DNA from: a virus
Taxonomy: Duplodnaviria; Caudoviricetes
Reading direction: 5' to 3' (one strand)
Length of the DNA stretch: 64,000 nt
Virus record (IMG/VR): IMGVR_UViG_3300025769_000106
Span: 190-64,189 of that record
The notes under the pieces were generated by a model that was not told the DNA's origin, searched no databases, and worked only from the letters and a program-made list of their open reading frames with translations. Made by a program: the position numbers and the translations under genes. Position 1 is the first letter of the stretch, and each line of letters begins with the position of its first letter. Positions 1 to 10,800 of the stretch are shown piece by piece.

Positions 1-267
1 GAATGCAGGGGTGTCGAGAGCATTTGTCCCGTGTAAAACGACCTCTTGAAGTGGTTGAGCCGATGTGTGCTGCGAATCAAAAAATGCGTTAATCGATAGT
101 GTACGATCATCGACTCTTTGAATCACCACGTTTTTGCTCAACTGGGTATTTCCTGCCCCGCTGTCTCTGCTTGATGACTTTGATCCAGATGTTCCCAAGG
201 TGCAATTCTTGATCAGCGTTTGGAGGTGGTCGGTCAAAGCGGCTTTGAGGGGGTCGAGAACTGGCAT
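1..267 (-). CDS. Partial ORF (runs off the window start), probable tail/baseplate structural protein
   Basis: Not in the ORF track. ATG at 267 lies just downstream of the stop of the 2510-aa gene; open for 89 codons to base 1 (MPVLDPLKAALTDHLQTLIKNCTLGTSGSKSSSRDSGAGNTQ...EVVLHG). Tail-module context. Confidence 0.6.
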   Translation of the reverse strand, partial: MPVLDPLKAALTDHLQTLIKNCTLGTSGSKSSSRDSGAGNTQLSKNVVIQRVDDRTLSINAFFDSQHTSAQPLQEVVLHGTNALDTPAF

Positions 268-268
268 A

Positions 269-3200
269 TCATTTCACCACGTATTGTCGGCTCTTACTTG
301 AACCGAGAGGGACTCCCCTTTTTGCATTATCTCGAACACCTATGCTCCCAAGGCCATTTTTGTGCTTTGCTCCAATCACAAAACCTGTATTGTTTGTGTT
401 CCTAACCGTTATGCGGTGAACAGCAATAACTTGAATTGATGTGGAGAGGGAGAGGTTTTCCGCCACCTTTGCATCTCCTGCTGATTCATTCAATCCGCTC
501 ATGCTAACCATGCTCGAACGAACATCGGCAAGAATACCCTCAATGCCTTTCTCGTATTGAGCAACTACAAGATCAGTCTTTCCTGTGGAGTGGGTGTGCT
601 TACATTCAAACACAGCAAACTTTCCTACAACTCCGTGAGTTGGAAGGTTGATCGAAATCAAATCTCCTGCTGAAACAGAGGTGGCGTTCATCATTCCCAT
701 TATGTTCAACATTGGTGCGCCATTTTCAACTCTCGACAACAAAGACTTTGCAATTGCTCTTGCTTCCTTTACGGTCTTTAAACCAGGTATCTGTTGACGC
801 AGAGTCTTGATCATTCCCTCTTCACCATTTGCTGCCGCCTCTCTTACTCTTTCGCTATCACGGATGCGAATAAACACAATCTCATTTCCTGCAATCACAT
901 CGCCTACAATCACGATTTCATTTGGCGAATCGAACAATCGACTAACGATGATGTTTTCTGCACCGTTTTCCACACCAAGTCGAATTCCAGTATCGTCAAA
1001 CACATCTTTTGAATACACAATCTGTCCTGCTCGATCATTGATTATTTGGCGGTTGTCGATTTGAGACAAATTGCGGATCACGTCCATTGTGTTCAATCCT
1101 CTTGTGTCTCTCGAAACAAAGACATTGCTGTGGTTATTCTTTTCTGTCAAAATTGGATGAGCATCGGTGTATTTTGAGATGTCATTTGATGCCGTTTCCC
1201 GATCTGGTTTTTCCAATCGGATACCTGCAAAATCTCCTCCTGCGTCATTTAACAGGTGCATTGCTGCATCGGTACTTCTCATGCCTATGTTTCCAATTTG
1301 GGCAGCACGAAGGCGTGTTATTTCGATCCCAGAGTCGCTCAAATTCTTGCCAGTCAAATCTTTGAAAACCAACAATCTGTTGCCTAATTCCGTTTCCACA
1401 TCCGCTACTCTCCATTTGACATTGTTTCCATCAATGACATAGGATGGGACATGAGCCGAAGAGATTTCAAAACCATCGTTCAAGATCTTTTGAGTACCGT
1501 TGCTTGCAAAGATAAATCCTCTGTCCTTTCCGTTGGTTATGCTGAATGTTGATTGCTGTGCCATGACAAAATCGGATGGCTCATAATGCAACAAACCTTG
1601 GAAGGATAGCGTTGTTTGCTCAACGGCATTCAAATCTCGATTGTAAAACGGCCAAGAATGTCTTTGGGTCTTTGCCAACACAACTGCATTATCGATGAAC
1701 GATGGAGAAACAACTTGTTTTCGAGTTGGGCTTCTTGCCTCGTAAATTGTGCCAAGGGATGTAAGAGATGAAATGTCAGTAAAGTACCACGTCATGCCTA
1801 CATAATCCGATACTGTTGTCCCTGTTGAATCCACTAACGATCCTCCAGAGATGGTGATGTCATCCCCGCTCACGCTCGAATATGTCAAAACACCCGTATG
1901 ATCTAAGGCGAATACTTTGCCTCCTCCTGGGGGGAGAACAGATGCATCATCCAAGGAATACACATTTCCTCCTTTGCTGGTCATCACTTTGACTCTTGGA
2001 TATAACCTGAGAGAGTCTTGGGATTGAACAATTTCGCCATCCTTTGAATGCCTCGCATGATCTCCCATGATTCCCTTGGTGAGGTCATATTTGGTTTCCG
2101 ATTGACTGACCTTGTTGCCCCCTCCCACGTGTGATGCTTGAGAGTATCGAGGCTCAATGGTTGGTTCCATCTTTTGGTCGTCGGAGAACCGATGAGCATC
2201 GGACTTTGCAAATTGAAGCATATTTGCACTTGGAATCAAATGCCAAACAACATCAAATTCATTGAAATCAGGATATGTGATCTCAAAGGAACCCTCCGCT
2301 GAGGTGATCGGTTCAACCTCGCCCAAAGCACGGGCGTCATTCATTTCAAAAATTCCGTATCGCTTATCTCTGGTAAAAATTTGTGAGCCATAGGTGTTGA
2401 ATGATCCTGAGAGAGATGCTCTCGGACCTAAGACAAAACCATCCTGTAAAAGATCGGAGGCAAAGCCGTACAATTTCAATGGCCTCACAGGTCGGACAAT
2501 GTAATCAACATACTTGCGAACTGGGTTTGAGGCTACAACCTTACCTGTGTTTGAATCGACTTGGGACTTCATCGTTTCCTCTTCACCGCGATGCAAATAG
2601 GTTTTGCGGAGAATATAGACTCCGCCCCAGGCTGGTAAATCCGCTGAACCTCTAACCGCCCACACGTCTAAGGCGTGAGTCTTTTGATCTCCTCGAATCG
2701 AATCGCTTGGTGCAACGATTGCCCCCTTAGAAGCATTTGAATCAGGACTCCAAACAGGTTTTGTTTTGAAATCCTTTGCAACCGTTGCGCTCCCCGATCC
2801 ATTTACGGTGAAACCTTCCAACTGCAATTGAGCCTTTGTTTGATGAGATGGCAAAACGGGGAAGTGGTATCCAAGCATCAAATCGGAATGGAGAGAAACA
2901 GATCGGGTTCCTGCAACCGCATACTCAACGTTCTTGTTTTCCAACCGTTCACTTTCCACCTCCATGACCAAACCAAGACGAGGTTCTGTTCTTGATTGAA
3001 TTTGCCTTATGTCGGAGATCTCTGAGGTAAGAAGAGGAGTTGTTTCCGTGATAGTCAATGAACTCCCTGCGATCTGGCTCTGCCCCATTGGAGGATAGCC
3101 ATACTGCGATAATGCTTTTGTGATTGGCCTCATGTTGGTGTGGAAGGCATTCCCACGCAGATGATAAAATTGTGCCGTAGTAAAATCGGAGGCTTGAGCA

Positions 3201-6200
3201 ATCATCGCACCAGGGGATGCGGTTTGATCGTAGGATGTTGATCCTGTCCATTGTTGAAGATCAATCCACGGATCCGAACCCTTGTTCAACGGTTTGTGGT
3301 TAATATCGTAATACAAAGCAGGGTGAGGCGAAGCAGTTGAAGCGAATTTTATGTCATACTTTCGAGACAAATACGATTCAACTTCTTGCTGTTCAGCCGT
3401 TGTCAATTTTCGGTCGAATTGAATAATCTCAGCAATCTTTCCAGTTAATTTGAAACTCCCTACGTGAGCAACTCCAACAGGATCAGCAGTAGCCATCCAG
3501 TATGGACCCGTGGTTGTGTTATCCAATTTTCCATTTTGGTATATCTCAAATGTTGAAGTCCCACCTGCGCCATTTCCACCATAAATTTTTCCAGTTATGA
3601 CGTCTGCAACGCCTCCTTCTGCCCCATTATTAGCCGAATTGACACCAGTATAGGTGCTATCAGCCCCGCCTTGAAATCTCCAAAGATTGGTCATATCCAT
3701 TCTCGCCCACAATGAATATCCTGATCTTGCCACAGGGCTATTTGAGAATGACTCAATGACTCCTTGTGCAGCATTGTTGTCGGAATCAGGGAAAGCAACC
3801 GCAAAAAGAGTCATTTCTTTTGTATTAAGAGATGCTTGAAAAGAACTCATGTCAAGAAAATCTCCGCCATCACAACTGACAACTGGCATATTGTTCACGG
3901 CAGAATTTTGTTTCACAAATGTCGGTTGAGCCGAAGCCCCTCCTTGGATGAACTCCCACTTGTTAATTGATGAATCTGTCCACTTTGCCACCGAATCTCC
4001 GTCTTGAAGATCCAATGAATCAGCCTTCAACCATAACACAGCCCCAGATACTGGCAGTTCAGTTGGGCGTGTATCATCCAACTCGTAGTCCCATCCCCCT
4101 GATGCCATAACGTGTGGAGAAAGCATACCGTTTTCGGTGATGCCAACTCTGTTTCCTATCCCAATCCTCTCTGTTTCGGATAAGATCTCGTTGTTTTGTC
4201 GGATGTTCCTTTCAAACGGTGTAGCCTCGACCGTGAAATCATTTGCTACAAAACCTACTGGGACTGATCTTTCCATGCCCAAAGTAGTGAGGTAATTGCC
4301 CCAATCCGTACCATCAGTTGACGAGGCTGGACTGGGCAGATCTTGAACAGCATCATGAATCCCACCATCAAATCGACCGCTGTTCAAAACTGCTTGGGCA
4401 TTCCCTGCATCGGCCTCAGTAGGATCGCCAGCAAGCATATTCAAAGCATCGGATCCAGTCCTAAAGCCCCAAGACCTTACTGGAAGCCTTCGGCTAATGT
4501 CAATCCCAACACAAGGTTGGAATGCAAAGTATTGCCTGTTGAAGTCTTCATTGTCGGTGTCTTTGTCGATCCCCATCACGACGCCAATTTCCTTTGTAGG
4601 ATCTATACCATCTCCAATCCCTTCTCCTCTTGAAAATCGATTTCCGTTTGCGTTCTCTTTCATCAAACGTAGTGTGCCGCTGGCTTCTCGAATAGTGGTA
4701 TGACCCATACGAACGGCTCCCGCTCCTCGAAGCCCCTCAATGTTGCCATGGCCGCTTGCATTCAAGCCATTGAATCCCCAATTTTGCAACCATTGTGCGA
4801 TGTAAAGCCTTTCAAAAGCAGCACTTTTCAATGGTTGAGCCGTGGTGGTTGGATGTGAAGAATTGCGTAAAAATAAACCATTAACGGCAGGGTAATCTCT
4901 TGATCGAGGCATCCCTGCTTCACGGTATCGGAACATGAGGAAATGCTCCCTGCTGGTTCCAAAGAGAGAAGGATGGCTGTATTCGGCCAGCCAATTGCAA
5001 AGGAAAGCGTCTGGGGTTGCTCCGCTGAAAGTATCTGCTGCTTTGATCAAACCATGATCTGCATCTGTGGGCTTCCTAAACGATGTGCTTGGAATGGAAT
5101 TGCTCAAACTCACTTGGGCAGCATTCATGTTCAGCAATTCTGGATCGTGGGCAAACAAAGGAGGTACAGTCGCCAACTCTGTTGCAACACGTGGTCGAAT
5201 CACACCCTCTGCAAATCCTCGAACAAACCAATTTCCTGTGCCATCTGCACTTAACTTGCGAATCGGCTCCAAACGACCACCCATGCCCAAATACTGGTTC
5301 ACCATGAATCCATTGATCATGAACTCGTTAGCAGTACCAAAGCGGTTATTTTTGGTCAACGTGCCTCCTTGGACTGTCAATCTCGTTGCTGCCTTCGACC
5401 CTGAAAGCGTTGCAGATCCAAGTGCAAACTCAACAGATTGGCTTATGCCTTCTGCCTTAGTGTGTTCCTGACCTGGAGCGAACAAATAATCCAAAAAGTT
5501 GCGATGATTGACAGAAGTGTAGGATCCATCAATATCGGGAAGCCTTGCTCCTTTCAATTCACTCAATGGCAAGCCATCTCCTGCGAATGATCCTGTTGCA
5601 TAATTGGAACTTGCTTTTGCTTCGAGAGTATCCAATTCAAACACAGTTGCAGAATTTGTCGTGTCTCCACTTCCAAAGCCGTGGTGTTTGTATTCGGTTT
5701 CTGCTTCAAACATCAAGGAATATGCAGAGCCATGAGATCGATGCAATTGTCGCCTCATACTCATAGGCGTCCCTCTGTGTAAAGTCGGTGTGATGAAAGA
5801 ATGACCATATCTCGCAAAGCGAATGCGATGGTGAGGGATCAAATTGCCTGTTTCAACACCATTGTTTGTTTGTTTCAATACGCTTCCTCTTTCAGCGTGA
5901 TCGGATATGCGGTGAGATGCAAACAATCGTGTTTGACCGCTACTTGAGTTGCCATTGGGCTTACGGAGATTTAATCCATGGTACTGTTCCATTTTATCGT
6001 GAAGTATTCGTTGGCAATGGAAGATCAACATACGATCATGAGTATCAAATTGAGACGTTTCATTATCCTCTTCTGCGACCCCTGCCTTTCTTGGATTTGG
6101 AGCAGATAACCCTCCCAACCCCCAAGTCTTGTTCGACCATGCTTGCACTCGATCATGGCCTGAACGAACAAAGATCCCGCCAGGTATGTCTTCTTGTTTT

Positions 6201-7801
6201 GGCAATTGGATTTTGAGATTTGGAGTTAATGTCCCTCCAGGCGACGAGGGTCCGACTTCAACGACACCAGTCTCAGGGTTTTCTCTTTCGTTTGAATATG
6301 TGAAATCACGAATCACAGTACCCCACGGAGATTTACCTTTCAACACCAATGAATTTCCTTGATCGTCGAGAACCTCAATATCATCAAAGACTCGTTCTTC
6401 ATTGCTGATCTGCAAACCGCTAACCCGATCTGGATTTATGGTTCCTGTCATCCTAAATGGGCGAGCATAAGCCTCTTGATTTGAATCCTTTATGCCGTGC
6501 GACACATGGATATTTGCCATTGTGAAATTCGACAAATACGGTTCAACCCCATCATTGTAAATTGATGCAGCCACAGAAGTTGATGAAAATGTGCCATTGT
6601 ACCCGTTCTCAAGAGATATTTTGTGATCCGTGGCTGCAACTGGCAATTCCACACCAGATTCCAACTTTTCAATCTGCAACTTGTTTGCGGAGATGTCGGA
6701 GACTACATCGGGGTGCAATGAAGTAATTCCTTCAATGTGAGGTGAAGTGATATGATAATCAGGAGGGGGGATCGAAGGCATATTGCATGAATTTAATCCC
6801 TCGATGCTGAATCGATTGTATCCTCTTCCATATTGTGGCCCAACCGCCGTAAAAGACGTCGTTTCTCGACCGTTTTGGCTAACATGGTTTGGTGAAGGCA
6901 ATCCCATGTTGCCTCCGTCCATTGGTTTTGCAATCAATTTGTGCAAACCAATTGTTCCAACGCCTTGGACTACGGGGCCTAAATTTGCTTCTGCCCAATA
7001 ATAATGTGATTGATGTGGACTGATTTTTTGCCATCCTAAGACAACGGTGTGGACTGGATCATCTGCTGTTTCCAAAGTAATGTCGGAACTTCCAACCAAG
7101 GCATCTCCTGCTGTTGGACTTGCGGTAAAGGCATAACCTGTTGATGCCATGCTGACATAAGCAAAATTCCCGCTACGATACAGAAACACAGGCTCACTTG
7201 CAAGCGAATATGTCCCTGCGTTCAATTTTTTAACCCCGCCTCCCGCTCCAATCCCAACCTTCAATTGGAATTTACCAATCATTTCAGTTGGCACAGCAGT
7301 TCCACTCAATGTCTTGATCTTAGCGACCACAATCGAACCACTCGTATATGTCAAGGATTCAATCTTGTATTTTTTGTCCATTGATTGACGGACATACTTT
7401 GCTCGAAGGTACGAGGTTTTGTCTCTTTCTCCGACCATTTTGATTCTTCGAGAATTGATCTTAGCAGCAATAAAACGTGTTGCTTCCTCAGTTCCCAAAT
7501 CATAGGTATGATCTGCACTTCCATGGTCTGCCGCTTGTTGCTTGAGATCGATTGCAATGACATTCTTTGCTTCGGCTATTGCAGCAGTTGCCAAGGGCGT
7601 TCGTATCAAAACGGTGATTCCCTGTCGCCAATCAGTTGAGTTGACCCCCATTTCCCAATCCTCTATGTCATCATGTGAGTATTCGGTATCGGGATAAGTG
7701 ATGTGCATAGCCATGATTCCAGACTTTGGCATTCCATCGGCGGTTTTACCCATCAGCCTATACTTGGCAGGGTAAAATGCACGGGGGAATACTTCTGCCA
7801 T
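269..7801 (-). CDS. Giant (2510 aa) tail-tip/baseplate-associated virion protein with an internal LamG/concanavalin-like domain
   Basis: Long ORF at the end of the tail module. LamG-like segment LWLKADSL...VAKWTDSS...GKIAEIIQFDRKLTTAEQQEVESYLSRKY; the C-terminal region resembles tail hub proteins. GGTGA upstream of the ATG. Confidence 0.65.
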   Translation of the reverse strand: MAEVFPRAFYPAKYRLMGKTADGMPKSGIMAMHITYPDTEYSHDDIEDWEMGVNSTDWRQGITVLIRTPLATAAIAEAKNVIAIDLKQQAADHGSADHTYDLGTEEATRFIAAKINSRRIKMVGERDKTSYLRAKYVRQSMDKKYKIESLTYTSGSIVVAKIKTLSGTAVPTEMIGKFQLKVGIGAGGGVKKLNAGTYSLASEPVFLYRSGNFAYVSMASTGYAFTASPTAGDALVGSSDITLETADDPVHTVVLGWQKISPHQSHYYWAEANLGPVVQGVGTIGLHKLIAKPMDGGNMGLPSPNHVSQNGRETTSFTAVGPQYGRGYNRFSIEGLNSCNMPSIPPPDYHITSPHIEGITSLHPDVVSDISANKLQIEKLESGVELPVAATDHKISLENGYNGTFSSTSVAASIYNDGVEPYLSNFTMANIHVSHGIKDSNQEAYARPFRMTGTINPDRVSGLQISNEERVFDDIEVLDDQGNSLVLKGKSPWGTVIRDFTYSNERENPETGVVEVGPSSPGGTLTPNLKIQLPKQEDIPGGIFVRSGHDRVQAWSNKTWGLGGLSAPNPRKAGVAEEDNETSQFDTHDRMLIFHCQRILHDKMEQYHGLNLRKPNGNSSSGQTRLFASHRISDHAERGSVLKQTNNGVETGNLIPHHRIRFARYGHSFITPTLHRGTPMSMRRQLHRSHGSAYSLMFEAETEYKHHGFGSGDTTNSATVFELDTLEAKASSNYATGSFAGDGLPLSELKGARLPDIDGSYTSVNHRNFLDYLFAPGQEHTKAEGISQSVEFALGSATLSGSKAATRLTVQGGTLTKNNRFGTANEFMINGFMVNQYLGMGGRLEPIRKLSADGTGNWFVRGFAEGVIRPRVATELATVPPLFAHDPELLNMNAAQVSLSNSIPSTSFRKPTDADHGLIKAADTFSGATPDAFLCNWLAEYSHPSLFGTSREHFLMFRYREAGMPRSRDYPAVNGLFLRNSSHPTTTAQPLKSAAFERLYIAQWLQNWGFNGLNASGHGNIEGLRGAGAVRMGHTTIREASGTLRLMKENANGNRFSRGEGIGDGIDPTKEIGVVMGIDKDTDNEDFNRQYFAFQPCVGIDISRRLPVRSWGFRTGSDALNMLAGDPTEADAGNAQAVLNSGRFDGGIHDAVQDLPSPASSTDGTDWGNYLTTLGMERSVPVGFVANDFTVEATPFERNIRQNNEILSETERIGIGNRVGITENGMLSPHVMASGGWDYELDDTRPTELPVSGAVLWLKADSLDLQDGDSVAKWTDSSINKWEFIQGGASAQPTFVKQNSAVNNMPVVSCDGGDFLDMSSFQASLNTKEMTLFAVAFPDSDNNAAQGVIESFSNSPVARSGYSLWARMDMTNLWRFQGGADSTYTGVNSANNGAEGGVADVITGKIYGGNGAGGTSTFEIYQNGKLDNTTTGPYWMATADPVGVAHVGSFKLTGKIAEIIQFDRKLTTAEQQEVESYLSRKYDIKFASTASPHPALYYDINHKPLNKGSDPWIDLQQWTGSTSYDQTASPGAMIAQASDFTTAQFYHLRGNAFHTNMRPITKALSQYGYPPMGQSQIAGSSLTITETTPLLTSEISDIRQIQSRTEPRLGLVMEVESERLENKNVEYAVAGTRSVSLHSDLMLGYHFPVLPSHQTKAQLQLEGFTVNGSGSATVAKDFKTKPVWSPDSNASKGAIVAPSDSIRGDQKTHALDVWAVRGSADLPAWGGVYILRKTYLHRGEEETMKSQVDSNTGKVVASNPVRKYVDYIVRPVRPLKLYGFASDLLQDGFVLGPRASLSGSFNTYGSQIFTRDKRYGIFEMNDARALGEVEPITSAEGSFEITYPDFNEFDVVWHLIPSANMLQFAKSDAHRFSDDQKMEPTIEPRYSQASHVGGGNKVSQSETKYDLTKGIMGDHARHSKDGEIVQSQDSLRLYPRVKVMTSKGGNVYSLDDASVLPPGGGKVFALDHTGVLTYSSVSGDDITISGGSLVDSTGTTVSDYVGMTWYFTDISSLTSLGTIYEARSPTRKQVVSPSFIDNAVVLAKTQRHSWPFYNRDLNAVEQTTLSFQGLLHYEPSDFVMAQQSTFSITNGKDRGFIFASNGTQKILNDGFEISSAHVPSYVIDGNNVKWRVADVETELGNRLLVFKDLTGKNLSDSGIEITRLRAAQIGNIGMRSTDAAMHLLNDAGGDFAGIRLEKPDRETASNDISKYTDAHPILTEKNNHSNVFVSRDTRGLNTMDVIRNLSQIDNRQIINDRAGQIVYSKDVFDDTGIRLGVENGAENIIVSRLFDSPNEIVIVGDVIAGNEIVFIRIRDSERVREAAANGEEGMIKTLRQQIPGLKTVKEARAIAKSLLSRVENGAPMLNIMGMMNATSVSAGDLISINLPTHGVVGKFAVFECKHTHSTGKTDLVVAQYEKGIEGILADVRSSMVSMSGLNESAGDAKVAENLSLSTSIQVIAVHRITVRNTNNTGFVIGAKHKNGLGSIGVRDNAKRGVPLGSSKSRQYVVK

Positions 7802-7806
7802 TTACA

Positions 7807-10800
7807 TCACCAAATGGATCGGCCAGCCCACAGGGTACTCGCCTCAGTAAATGTGATCCCCCGCTTCCATAAAGCGACTTCGGACAAAAAGCCAGCAAAA
7901 TGGATTGGCCCTGCTGAATTCGTACCAGTCGCACCCGCCGCATCAACGGTTCCATATGTGCTTGCTCCTGAGAGCATACCGCTGAAATATCCCGTAAATG
8001 GAGGGCATGGGTGTCCTCCCTGTGTTGTCTCTGGACCTAAGAAGTTGACATGAGGCGCACCGATCAAAGCGCATCCGATTGTAGCCATATCCAAGTCTCG
8101 AATCGTTTGCAACGCAGCAGGTACATCAGGATGATCGGCAACACCGCCCCCATAGCCATTCGATTGTGTATCGAATGTGTTTCTTTTGTTCGGACCAGTT
8201 GCTGCAACGCCATAATTTTGATCTGCAACATTTGCAATGAACTGAGTCAAATCGTGAATGCCTGGAGCCATCGCACCACCAGGATCTGCGGGGTTTGTAA
8301 TTCCGACCGTATTCCCAATGTAGCAGTAGGTTTCCCCACCTGCGTGGATCCCCATCATCACAAATGTCCATCCATTTGTTTTGACTTTGATTCCTGCGCT
8401 TGGCATGGACTGTGGAACCAATACTTTTGCATCGACTGGAAGTCCAAAGCCAAGTCCTGTTCCTCTTGAAAGTGCAACTGTAATTTCTTGATCTGCACCT
8501 ACTGGGGGTTGACCAGCAACGTGCAGCCCCCATGGATAGCCCTGAGTTGTTCCAGCATTGAAAATCCCATGCAATATCGGTCCCGTGAAATGGGTTAAAT
8601 CCGTTCCTGGTTTCATCACCGCAGAAATACCCCACCCCGTTGTCCCTGAAGATCGAGGATCAAACGATTTGACTTCTCCGTGTTCCGCTTCTATCGTACC
8701 CCCGTTGTTATTGAAAAGAGCCACAACATCTTCATGCCACCATGACTTTGCGGCGAGTGTTAATGATGATCCTGTAATCTCAATGTTATCGGTTATTGAT
8801 GCGGTTGATGCGCTAAATCCAGTTGTTGTGAGGCGAACCTTTCGATTGTAAAGGTCTTCTCGCCATTGTGTGTTGTCTTGAGTAAATGCTCCTGCACCAA
8901 AAGCCTCACCAGGTACTGCGTGGTCAACACATCGCACATACATCCTACATATCCCATTGGGGGAACCATTTGCATCCAATTCATCTCGATGATGGAACCC
9001 ACGGAATGTGTTATCGTTTATTGTGTCTTCATTGCGAAGATCGGTAAAATCAAGGACGGCTGATGCGCCTTGGAAATCACCAACGTTTTGAAAACCGCTG
9101 AAACCAGTTGGACCTATTGCCAAATGATGATCATAATCCAATGAATAATCCCGATCTGTGCCATCGCTAATGTCAAAGACAACGCCAGTATGCCCTCCTC
9201 CGAAGAAAATTATGCCGTCCTTGTCCATCAAAGGATTCAAAAATTCAACTTCAAGACCAATGATCTCGGCTCCTGCATTGTCAAAGAGGGCATCATAGAA
9301 CTTCTTTGCGTCTTCGTATGGCCTAACGTTTTCGAGCGACACAATTGTCATCTCCGATATGATCGGCCCAACAGAGCCAACAGTTGCTAATTTCCCATTC
9401 ATTCGTATGATGATTGGCGTATCTGAATTCGTTTGGCTTGCGAGTATGTTGGATCGAGCCATGTAATCGATAACTCCAATGTCAACATTGATCTTTGAAA
9501 TGACATTGGTTGAATAACTCCCGTATGCATTTCCAGTTGCCCCTAAATTGGTTGTTTGCGCTTTATAGCGTTGGCCGACGCCATCGTATGATCTCACATC
9601 ATCAACATTGCTGTAAAGAATTGACCCCCATTGAATGGTCCGACCATGAGGTGCGCCTGTAAATGTGGTGATTGGGACATATGTTTCTCCATCCGATCCA
9701 ATCGGCATGGGGGCAGCAAACGAATTTGCCCCATATGTTCGACTATTTTGTGCCAAGAGGCCACCAAAACCAAATGCTTGAATTGGCCTGTAAGGGTACG
9801 AACTTCTGTTCTCAAACCATACTGCAAAGTTGCGGCCAGCAGCACCAGGTACGGTGCTATGGATCACGATGGACAATCCTTTCTCTCCGTCCTTAGATTC
9901 CACTTCACTTCCCAAGAAGGCACGAACATATCCATAATGAGATCCTGAATTGAAAATGCTTTGAAGGAACGTTTCATATGCGCTTTTTCCGATACTGTTC
10001 TTTGCTTTAGGATGACCGCTCATGTTTATTGTGCGAATCACCTCATCAACACAATCTTTGAAACCTTGCGATTTGAGGGCAATGTCTCGAAATCGAATCT
10101 GTTGAGGCATCACATAATCTAAGGCCGATCCATCCGAATGTTTTCCTTTCAACCCTGCAAAATAGGGGATGCATTCAATTGGAAGCCTTGCATAAACATC
10201 GTTCTTCCCTCCAAATTCATTGTAAATGTCAAATTCAAGACCAGACATACTGACTCGATCATTGAAGATCAAAACCAACTCCCGAGCGAGCGGAGACTGA
10301 TGTGAATTTGGGTAATGCATGATATTAACTGGATTGCCTCCTAAACACGCACGAACAGCATCTCGAATGCCCTCTGTTGTAGGAACTGCTGCATTGTAAT
10401 TTGGAGCATTGGCGTGGAGATTTGAATTTGCTATAATCCCGCCCATCATCACAACTGCTCCAACAAAAATATGAGCATCGGCTCTTGTTGACGCAGTTGT
10501 ATCAAAGGTACGCACAGGAGAATCCCCTCCAGCGGTCCTCACGTAAGCCAAATTTGGGTAAATTCGATTTGTGCCTGTGTCGATCTTGTGTATTCTCATC
10601 ATGTAGTGCGACACGTGTTCTTGCCCCGCATCCTCAGTAATGATGCCTTCACCAATGGTGATAAAACATGGTTGATCCAAAACGCCAGATCCGCCAATGC
10701 TTAAACCTGCTTCATTTTCAAAAGCCTCAACATCATCGAGTTGAATGTAGGAGTTCGTTGTTCCAAGGGTCAAGTTATGCCCTGTGATCACGCCTTGAAT